From: an uncultured Muribaculaceae bacterium | Lineage (GTDB): Bacteria > Bacteroidota > Bacteroidia > Bacteroidales > Muribaculaceae | Length of the DNA stretch: 64,000 bases | Assembly: GCA_910577465.1 (NCBI GenBank) | Contig: CAJTMM010000003.1 | Location: 7,450-71,449, forward strand | Direction: 5' to 3' | Shown here: positions 8,698 through 18,286 of the stretch, one piece after another | How positions within the stretch are numbered: position 1 is the stretch's first letter | Layout of the letters: each line of letters opens with the position of its first letter | Made by a program: the position numbers and the translations under genes | The notes under the pieces: generated by a model | Databases searched by the model: none | Told to the model about the DNA's origin: nothing | Seen by the model: only the letters and a program-made list of their open reading frames with translations

Positions 8698-9945
8698 ATG
8701 AAATCTGTAATCTTCGATATAGAAAACTGGCGCGAGATAGGAGCCACACTGTCACGCAACAAGACAAGGACATTCCTCACCGCATTCGGTATATTCTGGG
8801 GCACAGCCATGCTTGCCATGCTTTGGGGCGGAGCATCGGGACTGGAAGGTATGCTCAAACGCAACTTCCAAGGATTCGCCACCAACATGGGCGCATGCTT
8901 TCCACAACGCACCACCCTGCCCTACCGCGGATTCAACAAAGGCATGTCATGGCAGCTCAACGACGGTGATATCGCTTACGTGCGCCGCACATGCCCCTAC
9001 ATAGAACTATCCTCGACCATGAACTTCGGCGGGGCTTCCGTGAAATACGGAACCAAAAGCAACGGCGGACGCATACAGGGTGTAGAGGGAGACTTCTTCA
9101 AGATGCAACTCCCCGTACTCTATGAAGGCAGGCTTATCAATGAAAGTGACGTAACGCAGACCCGCAAAGTTGCCATTCTGGGCAAGAACGTAGCCGATGA
9201 ACTTATGGGCAAAGAGTCAGCCGTAGGAAAATACGTATCAGTCAACGATATATATTTTTTGGTAATAGGTGTGGTAGGACAAACATCGGAAGCATCCATA
9301 GGCGGCCGCATGGACGACTCCGTGATAATACCATCCACCACCATGCGCCGGGCATTCAACAAAGGTGACAAAGTGGACTTCTTCATATACACGGCACAGA
9401 AAGGACATACACCTAAGGATATCGAGCCATTCGTATGGAGAGCCGTACGCACAAACCATCCGCTCAACCCATCGGACAACGATGCCGCATGGTTCATGGA
9501 TATTTCCGAACAGTTCAAGATGGTGGACAACCTATTTCTCGGCATAAGCATCCTTGCGCTGTTCGTAGGAGCAGGCACACTGCTTGCAGGCATAATCGGT
9601 ATAGGCAATATCATGTGGATCATCGTAAAGGAGCGCACACAGGAGATAGGCATACGCCGTGCCATCGGTGCCACCCCTCGCGACATAATAACCCAAATAC
9701 TGTCAGAAAGCATGGTACTGACAGCAATAGCCGGAGTGGGAGGTATATGTTTCGCGGCAATAGTTCTTGCCATAGCCGACAAAATCACATTCGACCCCAA
9801 ACTTGGGTCAGCGCATTTCCAACTTATGTTCGGACATGCCGTCACCATCATGATTACATTTCTGATATTAGGCACAGCAGCCGGACTGATACCGGCAATA
9901 AAAGCCATGCGTATAAAACCCATCGAAGCTATCAACGACAAATAA
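8698..9945 (+). CDS. ABC transporter permease (FtsX/MacB-like), paralog of the preceding gene
   Basis: 415 aa with the same architecture (ERTQEIGIRRAIGATPRDI). Confidence 0.9.
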   Translation: MKSVIFDIENWREIGATLSRNKTRTFLTAFGIFWGTAMLAMLWGGASGLEGMLKRNFQGFATNMGACFPQRTTLPYRGFNKGMSWQLNDGDIAYVRRTCPYIELSSTMNFGGASVKYGTKSNGGRIQGVEGDFFKMQLPVLYEGRLINESDVTQTRKVAILGKNVADELMGKESAVGKYVSVNDIYFLVIGVVGQTSEASIGGRMDDSVIIPSTTMRRAFNKGDKVDFFIYTAQKGHTPKDIEPFVWRAVRTNHPLNPSDNDAAWFMDISEQFKMVDNLFLGISILALFVGAGTLLAGIIGIGNIMWIIVKERTQEIGIRRAIGATPRDIITQILSESMVLTAIAGVGGICFAAIVLAIADKITFDPKLGSAHFQLMFGHAVTIMITFLILGTAAGLIPAIKAMRIKPIEAINDK

Positions 9946-10000
9946 GACGCGATATACCACCACACATTCACTAATTGAAATTAAATAATCACTTAACGAT

Positions 10001-11101
10001 ATGAAAAAGTTTTTCCGCATCCTGTTATGGATTCTTGTAGCAGCCCTGTTCATAGGCACATTCGTGTACCTTTACCTAAATTCCAAACCGAAAGAGACCC
10101 GCTATGAAATAGTATCGCCCGATACCGGCAATATCGAACGCACAACAGTGCTTACCGGGAAAATAGAACCACGGGACGAGATACAGATTAAACCGCAGAT
10201 CTCCGGCATCATCACACAAATCAACGTGGAACCGGGCGACATGGTCCAAGCCGGCGATGTAATAGCCGTAATAAAAGTTATACCCGAGGCTTCCCAACTA
10301 TCCAACGCCGAGAACCGCGTGAACGTGGCTCAGATAAGCCTTGAAGACGCACGTCTGAAACATGAACGCAACACTACACTTTATGATAAGCGCGTAATAT
10401 CCCGCGAAGAATACGAAACCACCCTCGCCGCCTATAACAAAGCCAAAGAGGAGCTTGCATCGGCACGCGATGCAGTCAACATCGTAAAACAAGGGGTATC
10501 GCAATACAACGCTTCCGAAGCCAACACACAGGTACGCGCCACCATAACCGGACTCGTGCTTGACGTGCCGGTGAAAGTAGGAACCTCCGTAATCCAAGCC
10601 AACACATTCAACGATGGTACCACAGTTGCCACCATAGCCGACATGAACAATCTGATATTCAAAGGCAACGTAGACGAGACCGAAGTAGGCTCACTCACCG
10701 TGGGAATGCCCATGACCATTTCCATAGGCGCCCTGCCCGACTTCTCATCCAACGCCGTAATAGAATACATCTCCCCCAAAGGAACCGAGACCAACGGCGC
10801 CAACACCTTTGAAATAAAAGCAGCCATCAGCATAGACCCCTCCGTAAACCTGCGCGCCGGCTACAGCGCCAACGCATCCGTAGCACTCGCACACGCCGAC
10901 AGCGTGCTCCGCGTACCGGAAAGCGTGGTAGAGTTTGTAGGCGACTCCACCTTTGTGTACTGCCTTACTGACACACTGCCGCAGCAGACATTCAAACGCA
11001 CTGTCATAACCACCGGCACGAGCGACGGCATAAACATAGAAATCAAATCAGGCATAGATAAGAACGCCCGACTGCGAGGTAGCGAGATCAAAGAAAAATA
11101 A
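10001..11101 (+). CDS. efflux periplasmic adaptor subunit (HlyD/MacA family)
   Basis: 366 aa with an N-terminal TM helix, then lipoyl-like, coiled-coil hairpin and beta-barrel segments typical of membrane fusion proteins. Confidence 0.9.
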   Translation: MKKFFRILLWILVAALFIGTFVYLYLNSKPKETRYEIVSPDTGNIERTTVLTGKIEPRDEIQIKPQISGIITQINVEPGDMVQAGDVIAVIKVIPEASQLSNAENRVNVAQISLEDARLKHERNTTLYDKRVISREEYETTLAAYNKAKEELASARDAVNIVKQGVSQYNASEANTQVRATITGLVLDVPVKVGTSVIQANTFNDGTTVATIADMNNLIFKGNVDETEVGSLTVGMPMTISIGALPDFSSNAVIEYISPKGTETNGANTFEIKAAISIDPSVNLRAGYSANASVALAHADSVLRVPESVVEFVGDSTFVYCLTDTLPQQTFKRTVITTGTSDGINIEIKSGIDKNARLRGSEIKEK

Positions 11102-11129
11102 CTCAACGCCATAATAAACAGCCACTAAA

Positions 11130-12440
11130 ATGAAAGCCAAACCACTATACATATCAGCCATAATAGCACTCTCTGCCATCATACCCACAGAGACATCGGC
11201 ACAGATATGGAGTCTTGACAGCTGTATAAACTACGCAATAAGCCACAATATCAATGTGCGTACCCGCGCACTCGACCGTATGTCGGCTGAACTTGACGTA
11301 ACCGAAGCCAAAGACCGCTTCCTTCCGGAACTCAACGCCGGAGTATCGCAATCATTCAATTTCGGACGTGGACTGACTTCCGAGAACACATACGCCAACC
11401 GCAACACCTCGCAATTCGGATGGAACGTGGGAGTTTCCGTACCTTTATTCCAAGGACTGTCCGCAGTACGGCGTCTCAATTACTCACGAGCCAACCTCCT
11501 TGCCATCACCGAACAATACGAAGCTGCGAAAGATGACGTAACACTCAACGTCATATCCCAATACCTTCAGGTTCTGTATTGCGCCGAGATATATAATGTC
11601 GCCCAGGAACAACTCAAACTATCACAAACCGAACTGCAACGCAGGAAAATATTGCTCGACGCAGGAAAAATTCCCGAACTTGACCTTATTCAAGCCCAGT
11701 CACAGGTAGCCCAGGACGAACTGGCGGCGGTCAACGCCCACAACGACCATACCCTCGCACTCCTCGACCTCTCACAACTGTTGCAACTCCCCGATATGGA
11801 GGGATTCGACATACTGCCAGTATCCGATTCCGAGATGCCACTGCTATCAGCGGAACAAGTGTATGACAACGCCTTGCAGCACAATCACTCCGTACTGGCG
11901 TCACAACATGCGCTTACCGCTGCCGACAAAAACATCACACTCGCCAAAAGTGGATATCTGCCACGTCTGTCATTCAATGCCGGATTAAGCAGCAGTTATT
12001 ACAAACTATATGGAGAGCCCAATCCCCCATTTCACCGTCAGATGCGCGACAATTTCAATAAATCACTCGGATTCACACTCTCCATACCAATATTCGACGC
12101 ATTCACCACCCGCAACTCCGTGCGCAAAGCCAAAGTACAACGCCTTAATGCCGAACTCCAACTCGACGATACCCGTACCCGCCTGTACAAATCCATAAAC
12201 CAGGCATACTATCAAGCAGTGGCGGCAAACAAAAAACGCCAATCAAGCGCAGTGGCACGCGAAGCCACATACGCCGCGCTGCAAGCCATGCAGGAGAAAT
12301 ACAACTACGGCAAGGCAAACGCCACCGAATATGACCAAGCCAAGACTGATTACATTCGCGCGGCATCGGAAGCGGTGCAGGCAAAATATGAATCCATACT
12401 ACGCACACGCATACTTGAATTCTACAACCGCACATATTGA
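11130..12440 (+). CDS. TolC family outer membrane efflux protein
   Basis: 436 aa with a signal peptide and two OEP repeats. It is the last gene of the efflux operon. Confidence 0.9.
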   Translation: MKAKPLYISAIIALSAIIPTETSAQIWSLDSCINYAISHNINVRTRALDRMSAELDVTEAKDRFLPELNAGVSQSFNFGRGLTSENTYANRNTSQFGWNVGVSVPLFQGLSAVRRLNYSRANLLAITEQYEAAKDDVTLNVISQYLQVLYCAEIYNVAQEQLKLSQTELQRRKILLDAGKIPELDLIQAQSQVAQDELAAVNAHNDHTLALLDLSQLLQLPDMEGFDILPVSDSEMPLLSAEQVYDNALQHNHSVLASQHALTAADKNITLAKSGYLPRLSFNAGLSSSYYKLYGEPNPPFHRQMRDNFNKSLGFTLSIPIFDAFTTRNSVRKAKVQRLNAELQLDDTRTRLYKSINQAYYQAVAANKKRQSSAVAREATYAALQAMQEKYNYGKANATEYDQAKTDYIRAASEAVQAKYESILRTRILEFYNRTY

Positions 12441-12530
12441 ACTCATTTAAACTTTTTACCGAATATAAAAAACTGAAATGAGTTCATTAAAATGAGCATA
12501 TAAAAATTTGCAATTGAGCACCCCATCCAT

Positions 12531-12538
12531 TAATTTTG
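12531..12538 (+). promoter_or_regulatory. -7 box TAATTTTG
   Basis: Matches TAnnTTTG, 38 nt upstream of the DUF805 start. Confidence 0.45.
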
Positions 12539-12576
12539 CAATACGATAAACTAATCACATTAAAAACATCATCACT

Positions 12577-12957
12577 ATGTATCAGTATCAAGTAACATTC
12601 ACAGACGCTGTGAAACGTGCATTTGAAAACTACTGCGGTTTCACCGGCCGCGCATCACGTTCCGAATATTGGTGGTTTGGTCTCTTCTGCTTTGCTGCAA
12701 ATATTGTACTCACCTACGGTCTTATGATTTTCGGTGCAAAGGTAGGAGTATATGCATCATGGCTGTTCCAATTAGCAGTTTTGCTTCCCTCACTCGGACT
12801 TGCAGTGCGTCGTCTGCACGACATAGGTAAATCAGGCTGGTGGTTTCTCATCAACCTCATCCCATTGGTAGGAACTATCATATTCATAGTATGGGCATGC
12901 AAGGAAAGCCAACCCACAGCCAACGAATATGGCGAAGTACCCAACCTCACCGAATAA
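12577..12957 (+). CDS. DUF805 family inner membrane protein
   Basis: 126 aa with the GRASRSEYWWF and RRLHDIGKSGWW motifs characteristic of DUF805 (YhaH/YhaI-like). Confidence 0.85.
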   Translation: MYQYQVTFTDAVKRAFENYCGFTGRASRSEYWWFGLFCFAANIVLTYGLMIFGAKVGVYASWLFQLAVLLPSLGLAVRRLHDIGKSGWWFLINLIPLVGTIIFIVWACKESQPTANEYGEVPNLTE

Positions 12958-12980
12958 TATATCGACATCTCATACCCACG

Positions 12981-13020
12981 ATACGTACCCCCCTACCGGG
13001 AGGTACGTATTGTTATTTTT
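12981..13020 (+). terminator. rho-independent terminator after DUF805
   Basis: A 9-bp stem (ATACGTACC / GGTACGTAT) plus inner C-G pairs, followed by TGTTATTTTT. Confidence 0.65.
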
Positions 13021-13087
13021 ATATCTCATTTTAAATGTCAGAACGCTTAGACGTTCACGTAGTTGTTGCTATTTTGATTTTAATTTG

Positions 13088-13095
13088 TAACTTTG
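13088..13095 (+). promoter_or_regulatory. -7 box TAACTTTG
   Basis: Matches TAnnTTTG, 35 nt upstream of the crp-like start. Confidence 0.45.
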
Positions 13096-13130
13096 CACAT
13101 GCTATAAAACATAGTTACAGAAAATAGTAC

Positions 13131-13829
13131 ATGATTAAGACAGCATTGGAGAAAGTGATGAGCGAGGATCTGTCGGAGATGTGGACCATACTCAGCGGGG
13201 ACGAAAAGAGAAAAATCACCGACAATTTCACACTGCACCATTTTAAGAAGAATCAGATAATCTACGCCGAACATGAGGAACCCGAATTCCTGTGGTGTCT
13301 CATGAAAGGGAAAGCAAAATTATATAAAGACGGCGTAGGCGGTCGTCAGCAGATATTACGCCTGATAAGTCCCGTACAATATTTCGGCTACCGCGCATAT
13401 TTCGCCGGTGAGCCATACGTGCACACAGCCGCCGCTATGGAGGAATGCACTATTGGAGCTTTTCCGATGAGTGTGGTCAAAGAACTCATTGACGGCAACC
13501 GTGATGTGGCTTGGTTTTTCATCCATGAATTGTCGCGCAATCTCGGCAGCGCAGATACCCGCACCGTAAATCTGACACAAAAGCATATCCGCGGACGATT
13601 GGCAGAAGCATTGATGGTGCTCATAGAACACTACGGATTTGAAGATGACGGTGTGACACTTCACGTGTACATGTCACGTGAAGACCTCGCCAACCTGTCA
13701 AACATGACCGCATCCAATGCCATACGTACACTTACGGCGTTTGTCAACGAAAAACTGATAGTGGTAGACGGACGCCAAATTAAAATAATCAACGAATCAC
13801 AGCTCCGTAAAATAAGCAAATTCGGATAA
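13131..13829 (+). CDS. Crp/Fnr family transcriptional regulator
   Basis: 232 aa with an N-terminal cyclic-nucleotide-binding-like beta-roll and a C-terminal HTH (SREDLANLSNMTASNAIRTL). Confidence 0.9.
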   Translation: MIKTALEKVMSEDLSEMWTILSGDEKRKITDNFTLHHFKKNQIIYAEHEEPEFLWCLMKGKAKLYKDGVGGRQQILRLISPVQYFGYRAYFAGEPYVHTAAAMEECTIGAFPMSVVKELIDGNRDVAWFFIHELSRNLGSADTRTVNLTQKHIRGRLAEALMVLIEHYGFEDDGVTLHVYMSREDLANLSNMTASNAIRTLTAFVNEKLIVVDGRQIKIINESQLRKISKFG

Positions 13830-13878
13830 GCTACCGAGTTGAATCATATAATTTAATTAAATATTCACATGTGCATGA

Positions 13879-13898
13879 GTATCTCCTTCCAAGAGATT
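13879..13898. repeat. left arm of a 20-nt perfect inverted repeat (AGTATCTCCTTCCAAGAGAT)
   Basis: Exact reverse complement of 14125-14144. Confidence 0.95.
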
Positions 13899-13909
13899 TT
13901 GTTATTTGC

Positions 13910-13917
13910 AAAGATAT
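13910..13917 (-). promoter_or_regulatory. -7 box TATCTTTG on the minus strand, inside the repeat-bounded segment
   Basis: The reverse complement of 13910-13917 is TATCTTTG. It is the only TAnnTTTG match I found in the 13830-14175 gap, and it points away from the downstream operon. Confidence 0.45.
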
Positions 13918-14120
13918 AGCATATTTTCGACATTAAGTGAGATTTTGTTGCTAAATTGTTGGTTTTGCAAATAATTCGTTGCTGTTTCAATATTAAGTCT
14001 ATCAAATTGCTTGTTGCGCACCGTACTTATTACATCCATTAATGTGGTGTTTTAGCAACACTTATGTCTATTATTGCAGTCGATATTGGCTATCATATAT
14101 ATGTGTTTTAACTAAAAATG

Positions 14121-14153
14121 AGTATCTCTTGGAAGGAGATACTTATTTTTTTA
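14121..14153 (+). terminator. strong hairpin plus T-tract immediately upstream of the lipoprotein operon
   Basis: An 8-bp stem (AGTATCTC / GAGATACT) plus a G-U pair, with a 7-nt loop, followed by TATTTTTTT. The stem overlaps the right inverted-repeat arm. Confidence 0.7.
14125..14144. repeat. right arm of the 20-nt perfect inverted repeat (ATCTCTTGGAAGGAGATACT)
   Basis: Exact reverse complement of 13879-13898. Confidence 0.95.
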
Positions 14154-14175
14154 ACCCATATTATTAAAACCAATC

Positions 14176-16338
14176 ATGCACAAAGTACTTACACGCATAG
14201 TCATGCCGCTTGCAGTAGCCGGATATGCGTTAACCTCTTGTAGCGACGACGACAATTCGACATTTACCCCAACGCCTCCGTCGCTAAGTGTAAACGTGAG
14301 CGAAGTCCAGCGTACATACGTAAACTTCGCCATCCAGTCTGCCACCGGTGTGGATTATGCTTATCAAGTAGTGCCTTTAGGTCAACCGGCGCCTACTGCT
14401 GAAGAAATCTTTGCCAATGGTAAATCGGGGATACTCGAAAACGGTGCAGCCACCATTAAAGCAATCGACGTGGAAGGTGGCAATGAATACACCGTGTATG
14501 CTGCCGTGAGAAAAATCAATCCCTACGTGTACAGTGACGTTGTATCCACGGAGGTAAACACCGATATTCCGTTTACCAATATTGTGACCCTTGACAAAGT
14601 CGGATACACCGATTTCACATATCATGTGGAGATGCCTGCCGATTGTGAGAAATTGAAACATGTGGTTATTAAGAAAGCCGACTACGAAGGTATCAAGAGT
14701 ATTCTTGCCATGTTTGGAGAGGTTACATATCCCACTTACCTCAAGGTATTCGGAAAGACCATCACGGAAAGTCAGAATGTAACACTTGACAAATATGATG
14801 TCAACGGATTAAATGATGACATACATATATATTCAGGCTCCACGTATCTGATTATGGCAGGTGCTGTGAATGCCGACGGCAATATAGATGAATCACGTTT
14901 TGAATGCGTGGAGTTCGACACCCGCCGTGCCGATGTGGCACCGTACAAAATAGATGTGGCGATAACCACCACCTCTACCTCAGCTACAGCCGTAATAACT
15001 CCTGACCCGGAATTTGTAACATACCGCGCACTCATAGAAAAGCGCTCGGAATTTGATTTCGCGAAAAACGAAGGTGAAGCACAGGTGCGCTCGCTTATTA
15101 TAGGACGCTGGGATGATGAGACCAACACACCGAAACGCGTGTACAACGGAACGACACAGATAGTATCGTCGGGACTCATCCCCAATACCGATTACGTACT
15201 CGGCATAGTGGGATTCGATGCCCAAAACCGGGAGAAAGTGATGACAATTAATTTCGTAACCGGAGAACCCACCGGTCCCGCACCAACCATCAACATAACC
15301 CAGACCACTCCCGAAACCGCCGCACCGTGGAAATCGGCAGCTTTCAATGTCAAGTTGACCAATGCCGTGGAAGTACGTTACGGATTCTTCCTGAAGAGCA
15401 GCATTGACAACACACTCTTAGGCGGAGCATCCCTGTCGGCAATCATACAAAACAACGGCATGTATGCATCGGATGACCAATTGGCAGGAATGCTTACAAA
15501 CGATGGTGTAACATTCGAGACCAACGACCTACAGCCCTCCACGGAATATGTATTCGGTATATACGCAAGAAATGATGAATACGTCAGTGCCTGTGAAACT
15601 ATAAACTTCACCACTGATGAACTGCCGCAAATCGGTGGCGAAACCCGTCAGAACATGCCGGGCAAATATATGGCATCGACTACAGATGTAAACGGCAACA
15701 CCGTGACATTCCCCGTAACAATTACCACCGGTGTCAACGATGCCACCACAGCCGACTACTCCGCCAAGAACCGACTTGTAGCCTTAGGATTCGGCCCTGC
15801 CGACCAATTCCCATACAAATCGCCCGAACAGCTCGTATCGGAAGGAAAATCAGCCGAAGACGCCAATAAACTATACGGACCGAAATGGTTCATCGAATTT
15901 ACAGAGGACGGCATTATCGTGCCTAAGCCTACCGACCTCAACTGGGCTATGGGCAACTTCGGCAACTCGAAGGATGCATATATGTGGGGCATAGGCGTAC
16001 GTCCTTCCACCGGACGCGATGCCGACAACCTGCAGGATTTCCCTGTTGAGGTGTCAGAAGATGGCAATACCGTAACCATAAAGCCATATTACCTGGCAAG
16101 TATCAACGTGAACTATTATCCCACGATGGTTGAAGCGTCATCGGCATGGTTCTTCTCCACCGTATTGTTCCGCAGCTACTCAGATATAGTGCTGACCCGT
16201 CAAAATGACAGCAACGCCAACATTGCCAAAGTTTTCAAAGCGCCGCTCAAAGCGCCAAAGATAACCCACGTGACTACAGGCAACGTATCTATCAAAAACG
16301 AGCGCAAGGAAATGGCTCAACGCATTCAACACAACTAA
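14176..16338 (+). CDS. surface lipoprotein with Fn3/Ig-like repeats, function unknown
   Basis: 720 aa. It has a lipobox (ALTSC) followed by SDDDN, an acidic Bacteroidetes surface-export signal, and repeated beta-sandwich-like modules ending in TEYTVYAAV / TDYVLGIVGF / TEYVFGIYAR. Confidence 0.8.
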   Translation: MHKVLTRIVMPLAVAGYALTSCSDDDNSTFTPTPPSLSVNVSEVQRTYVNFAIQSATGVDYAYQVVPLGQPAPTAEEIFANGKSGILENGAATIKAIDVEGGNEYTVYAAVRKINPYVYSDVVSTEVNTDIPFTNIVTLDKVGYTDFTYHVEMPADCEKLKHVVIKKADYEGIKSILAMFGEVTYPTYLKVFGKTITESQNVTLDKYDVNGLNDDIHIYSGSTYLIMAGAVNADGNIDESRFECVEFDTRRADVAPYKIDVAITTTSTSATAVITPDPEFVTYRALIEKRSEFDFAKNEGEAQVRSLIIGRWDDETNTPKRVYNGTTQIVSSGLIPNTDYVLGIVGFDAQNREKVMTINFVTGEPTGPAPTINITQTTPETAAPWKSAAFNVKLTNAVEVRYGFFLKSSIDNTLLGGASLSAIIQNNGMYASDDQLAGMLTNDGVTFETNDLQPSTEYVFGIYARNDEYVSACETINFTTDELPQIGGETRQNMPGKYMASTTDVNGNTVTFPVTITTGVNDATTADYSAKNRLVALGFGPADQFPYKSPEQLVSEGKSAEDANKLYGPKWFIEFTEDGIIVPKPTDLNWAMGNFGNSKDAYMWGIGVRPSTGRDADNLQDFPVEVSEDGNTVTIKPYYLASINVNYYPTMVEASSAWFFSTVLFRSYSDIVLTRQNDSNANIAKVFKAPLKAPKITHVTTGNVSIKNERKEMAQRIQHN

Positions 16339-16359
16339 CATTCTAACATCGATATATTT

Positions 16360-18147
16360 ATGCTGACTTTAAGAAAAATACAATCGACCATACTCACGGT
16401 GTGCATCTCGGCGGCATCCATGCTGATGACATCGTGTAACGACGATGACCCCTCCCAGCCGGGCAACGGCACCTCCAATGCCCAATGGAGCGACATCAAT
16501 GATGTGGACCTTGCCGGTGACATGTTGATTTATGAATTTGACGCAGCCGCATCGTGGACCGCTACCAGCGCTGAAACTTGGTGTACCGTACTCACTGAAA
16601 AGGGTGTGGCGGGAAAATCATCATTGCGACTCAAAGTAGAGCCCAACGATGGTTATATGGGTCGTTCAACAGAAGTGACGGTCAACGTCAACGGGTTTGC
16701 CGAACCTTGCAGACTCACAGTGCGCCAAGGAGAAGGATTCCTTGAAAAGGGCGACGGCCGTTACCGGAGTGTCAATGAATGGATGTTTGATTTCATGAAA
16801 GAAAAATATCTGTGGAATGAACCGATACCGGAACTGACTCTGGACTACAGTCTCGACTATCAGAAATTCCTCTCTTCAATGCTCAATGGCATTGCGGAAT
16901 TTGATGATGTGAACCACGATGACGGATATTGGCGTGATGGCGAACGTCAGGCATTCTACTCCTACGTATCGAGCAACGCACCTATCTCCCGTGCCGTAGG
17001 AAGCAAGAACACCGACTCCGGACTATACCTCACCGCCACTATACTCGGTGAAAATGACAACGACCCTGTAGGATTTGCCATCTTCTGGGTGACTCCCGGT
17101 TCAGCAGCCGCGGAAGCCGGACTGAAACGTGGCGACTTCATAGATAAAGTGAACGGAGTTGCCGTGACCGAACTTAACTACCAATCACTCGGACAGGCAC
17201 TCCTGCAAGGTAATGTAACCGTAAGTCTCAATGACGTCAAGTTCAACAATAAGGTAGCCACCGTTACCTCCAAAGGCTCGGTGTACGTAGGCTCATCGAC
17301 ATACACAGACCCCGCCATCTACAGCAACAAAGTGCTTGAGACAACATCGGGCAAGAAAGTAGGCTATCTGTTATATATGGGCTTCAGCACAGATTACGAC
17401 GAGCAGCTGATAGATATCTTCAAGCAGTTCAAGGCACAGAACGTAAGCGAGCTGATTCTTGACCTCCGTTACAACCCCGGTGGCGAAGTATTGGCAAGTA
17501 CCGTAATGGGGACGCTCATAGCCGGCTCGGCACACAAAGGACAGGTATATGTGCGCACCGTATACAATGCTCAACGTACGGCAGCCGGTGAAGTAGGCGA
17601 ATACAAATTCGGCGAAGCGGCGAATCCGGAAATGGGCGACTACACCCGCATAACCGAAGCAGCCACCAACTCACTTAATCTGAAAAAGGTGTACGTGATA
17701 GTATCACAATACACCGCATCGGCAAGTGAGCTTGTCATCAACGGTCTTCGCGGCGTGGATATAGATGTGAACCTTATCGGTACCACTACCAACGGTAAGA
17801 ACGTAGGTATGGAGGGCGTGTTAGGAAAATTCGGCGGATATTCCTTCACATTCTATCCGATTACTTTCTATTGCGAGAACGCAAAAGGATTCCGCAGCTA
17901 CTCTGAAGGATTCACACCGGAACTCGTGGTCGATGACTCGACAATCTATCCGGGCGATTTCGGAACCTCCGACGACATTCTCTCGAATATGGCTATCAAC
18001 TGGGCAAACAGCGGGGTAAAACCCTCGACCGGCTCAAAAGCCACCACCCTGTCGGGACAGCGGGTACGCACACTGCGCAGCAGCGACGAAATGCAGTCGC
18101 CGCTCAGCCGCCGCCAAGGTGGGTCCATTATGAAACTCGACCGCTGA
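16360..18147 (+). CDS. S41 family peptidase lipoprotein with N-terminal BACON-like domain and PDZ domain
   Basis: 595 aa. It has a lipobox (MTSC) followed by NDDDP, a BACON-like segment (FDAAASWTATSAETWCTV...RLTVRQ), a PDZ segment (TPGSAAAEAGLKRGDFIDKVNG) and an S41 core (LDLRYNPGGEV). Confidence 0.85.
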   Translation: MLTLRKIQSTILTVCISAASMLMTSCNDDDPSQPGNGTSNAQWSDINDVDLAGDMLIYEFDAAASWTATSAETWCTVLTEKGVAGKSSLRLKVEPNDGYMGRSTEVTVNVNGFAEPCRLTVRQGEGFLEKGDGRYRSVNEWMFDFMKEKYLWNEPIPELTLDYSLDYQKFLSSMLNGIAEFDDVNHDDGYWRDGERQAFYSYVSSNAPISRAVGSKNTDSGLYLTATILGENDNDPVGFAIFWVTPGSAAAEAGLKRGDFIDKVNGVAVTELNYQSLGQALLQGNVTVSLNDVKFNNKVATVTSKGSVYVGSSTYTDPAIYSNKVLETTSGKKVGYLLYMGFSTDYDEQLIDIFKQFKAQNVSELILDLRYNPGGEVLASTVMGTLIAGSAHKGQVYVRTVYNAQRTAAGEVGEYKFGEAANPEMGDYTRITEAATNSLNLKKVYVIVSQYTASASELVINGLRGVDIDVNLIGTTTNGKNVGMEGVLGKFGGYSFTFYPITFYCENAKGFRSYSEGFTPELVVDDSTIYPGDFGTSDDILSNMAINWANSGVKPSTGSKATTLSGQRVRTLRSSDEMQSPLSRRQGGSIMKLDR

Positions 18148-18172
18148 TATACATATCGGACTTAACCATAGA

Positions 18173-18215
18173 GCAAGGAGATGCGCCACACGGCACATCT
18201 CCTTGCCGTTTTTTT
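18173..18215 (+). terminator. rho-independent terminator after the S41 peptidase
   Basis: An 11-bp stem (GCAAGGAGATG / CATCTCCTTGC) plus 3 inner bp, followed by CGTTTTTTT. Confidence 0.8.
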
Positions 18216-18260
18216 AAACATAAATATCCGATAAGGCGTAGTATCATTATGAGATTATAT

Positions 18261-18268
18261 TATCTTTG
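18261..18268 (+). promoter_or_regulatory. -7 box TATCTTTG
   Basis: Matches TAnnTTTG, 18 nt upstream of the helicase start. Confidence 0.5.
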
Positions 18269-18286
18269 CGTTAATAATCGAATAAA

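Noticed and set aside
8238-9971. Minus-strand ORFs of 225 aa and 283 aa antisense to the two FtsX permease genes, sharing an ARRMPISCVRS segment.
   Set aside because: The shared segment is simply the reverse translation of the conserved FtsX motif (EIGIRRAIGA). There are no start or promoter signals, and the composition is atypical of real proteins.
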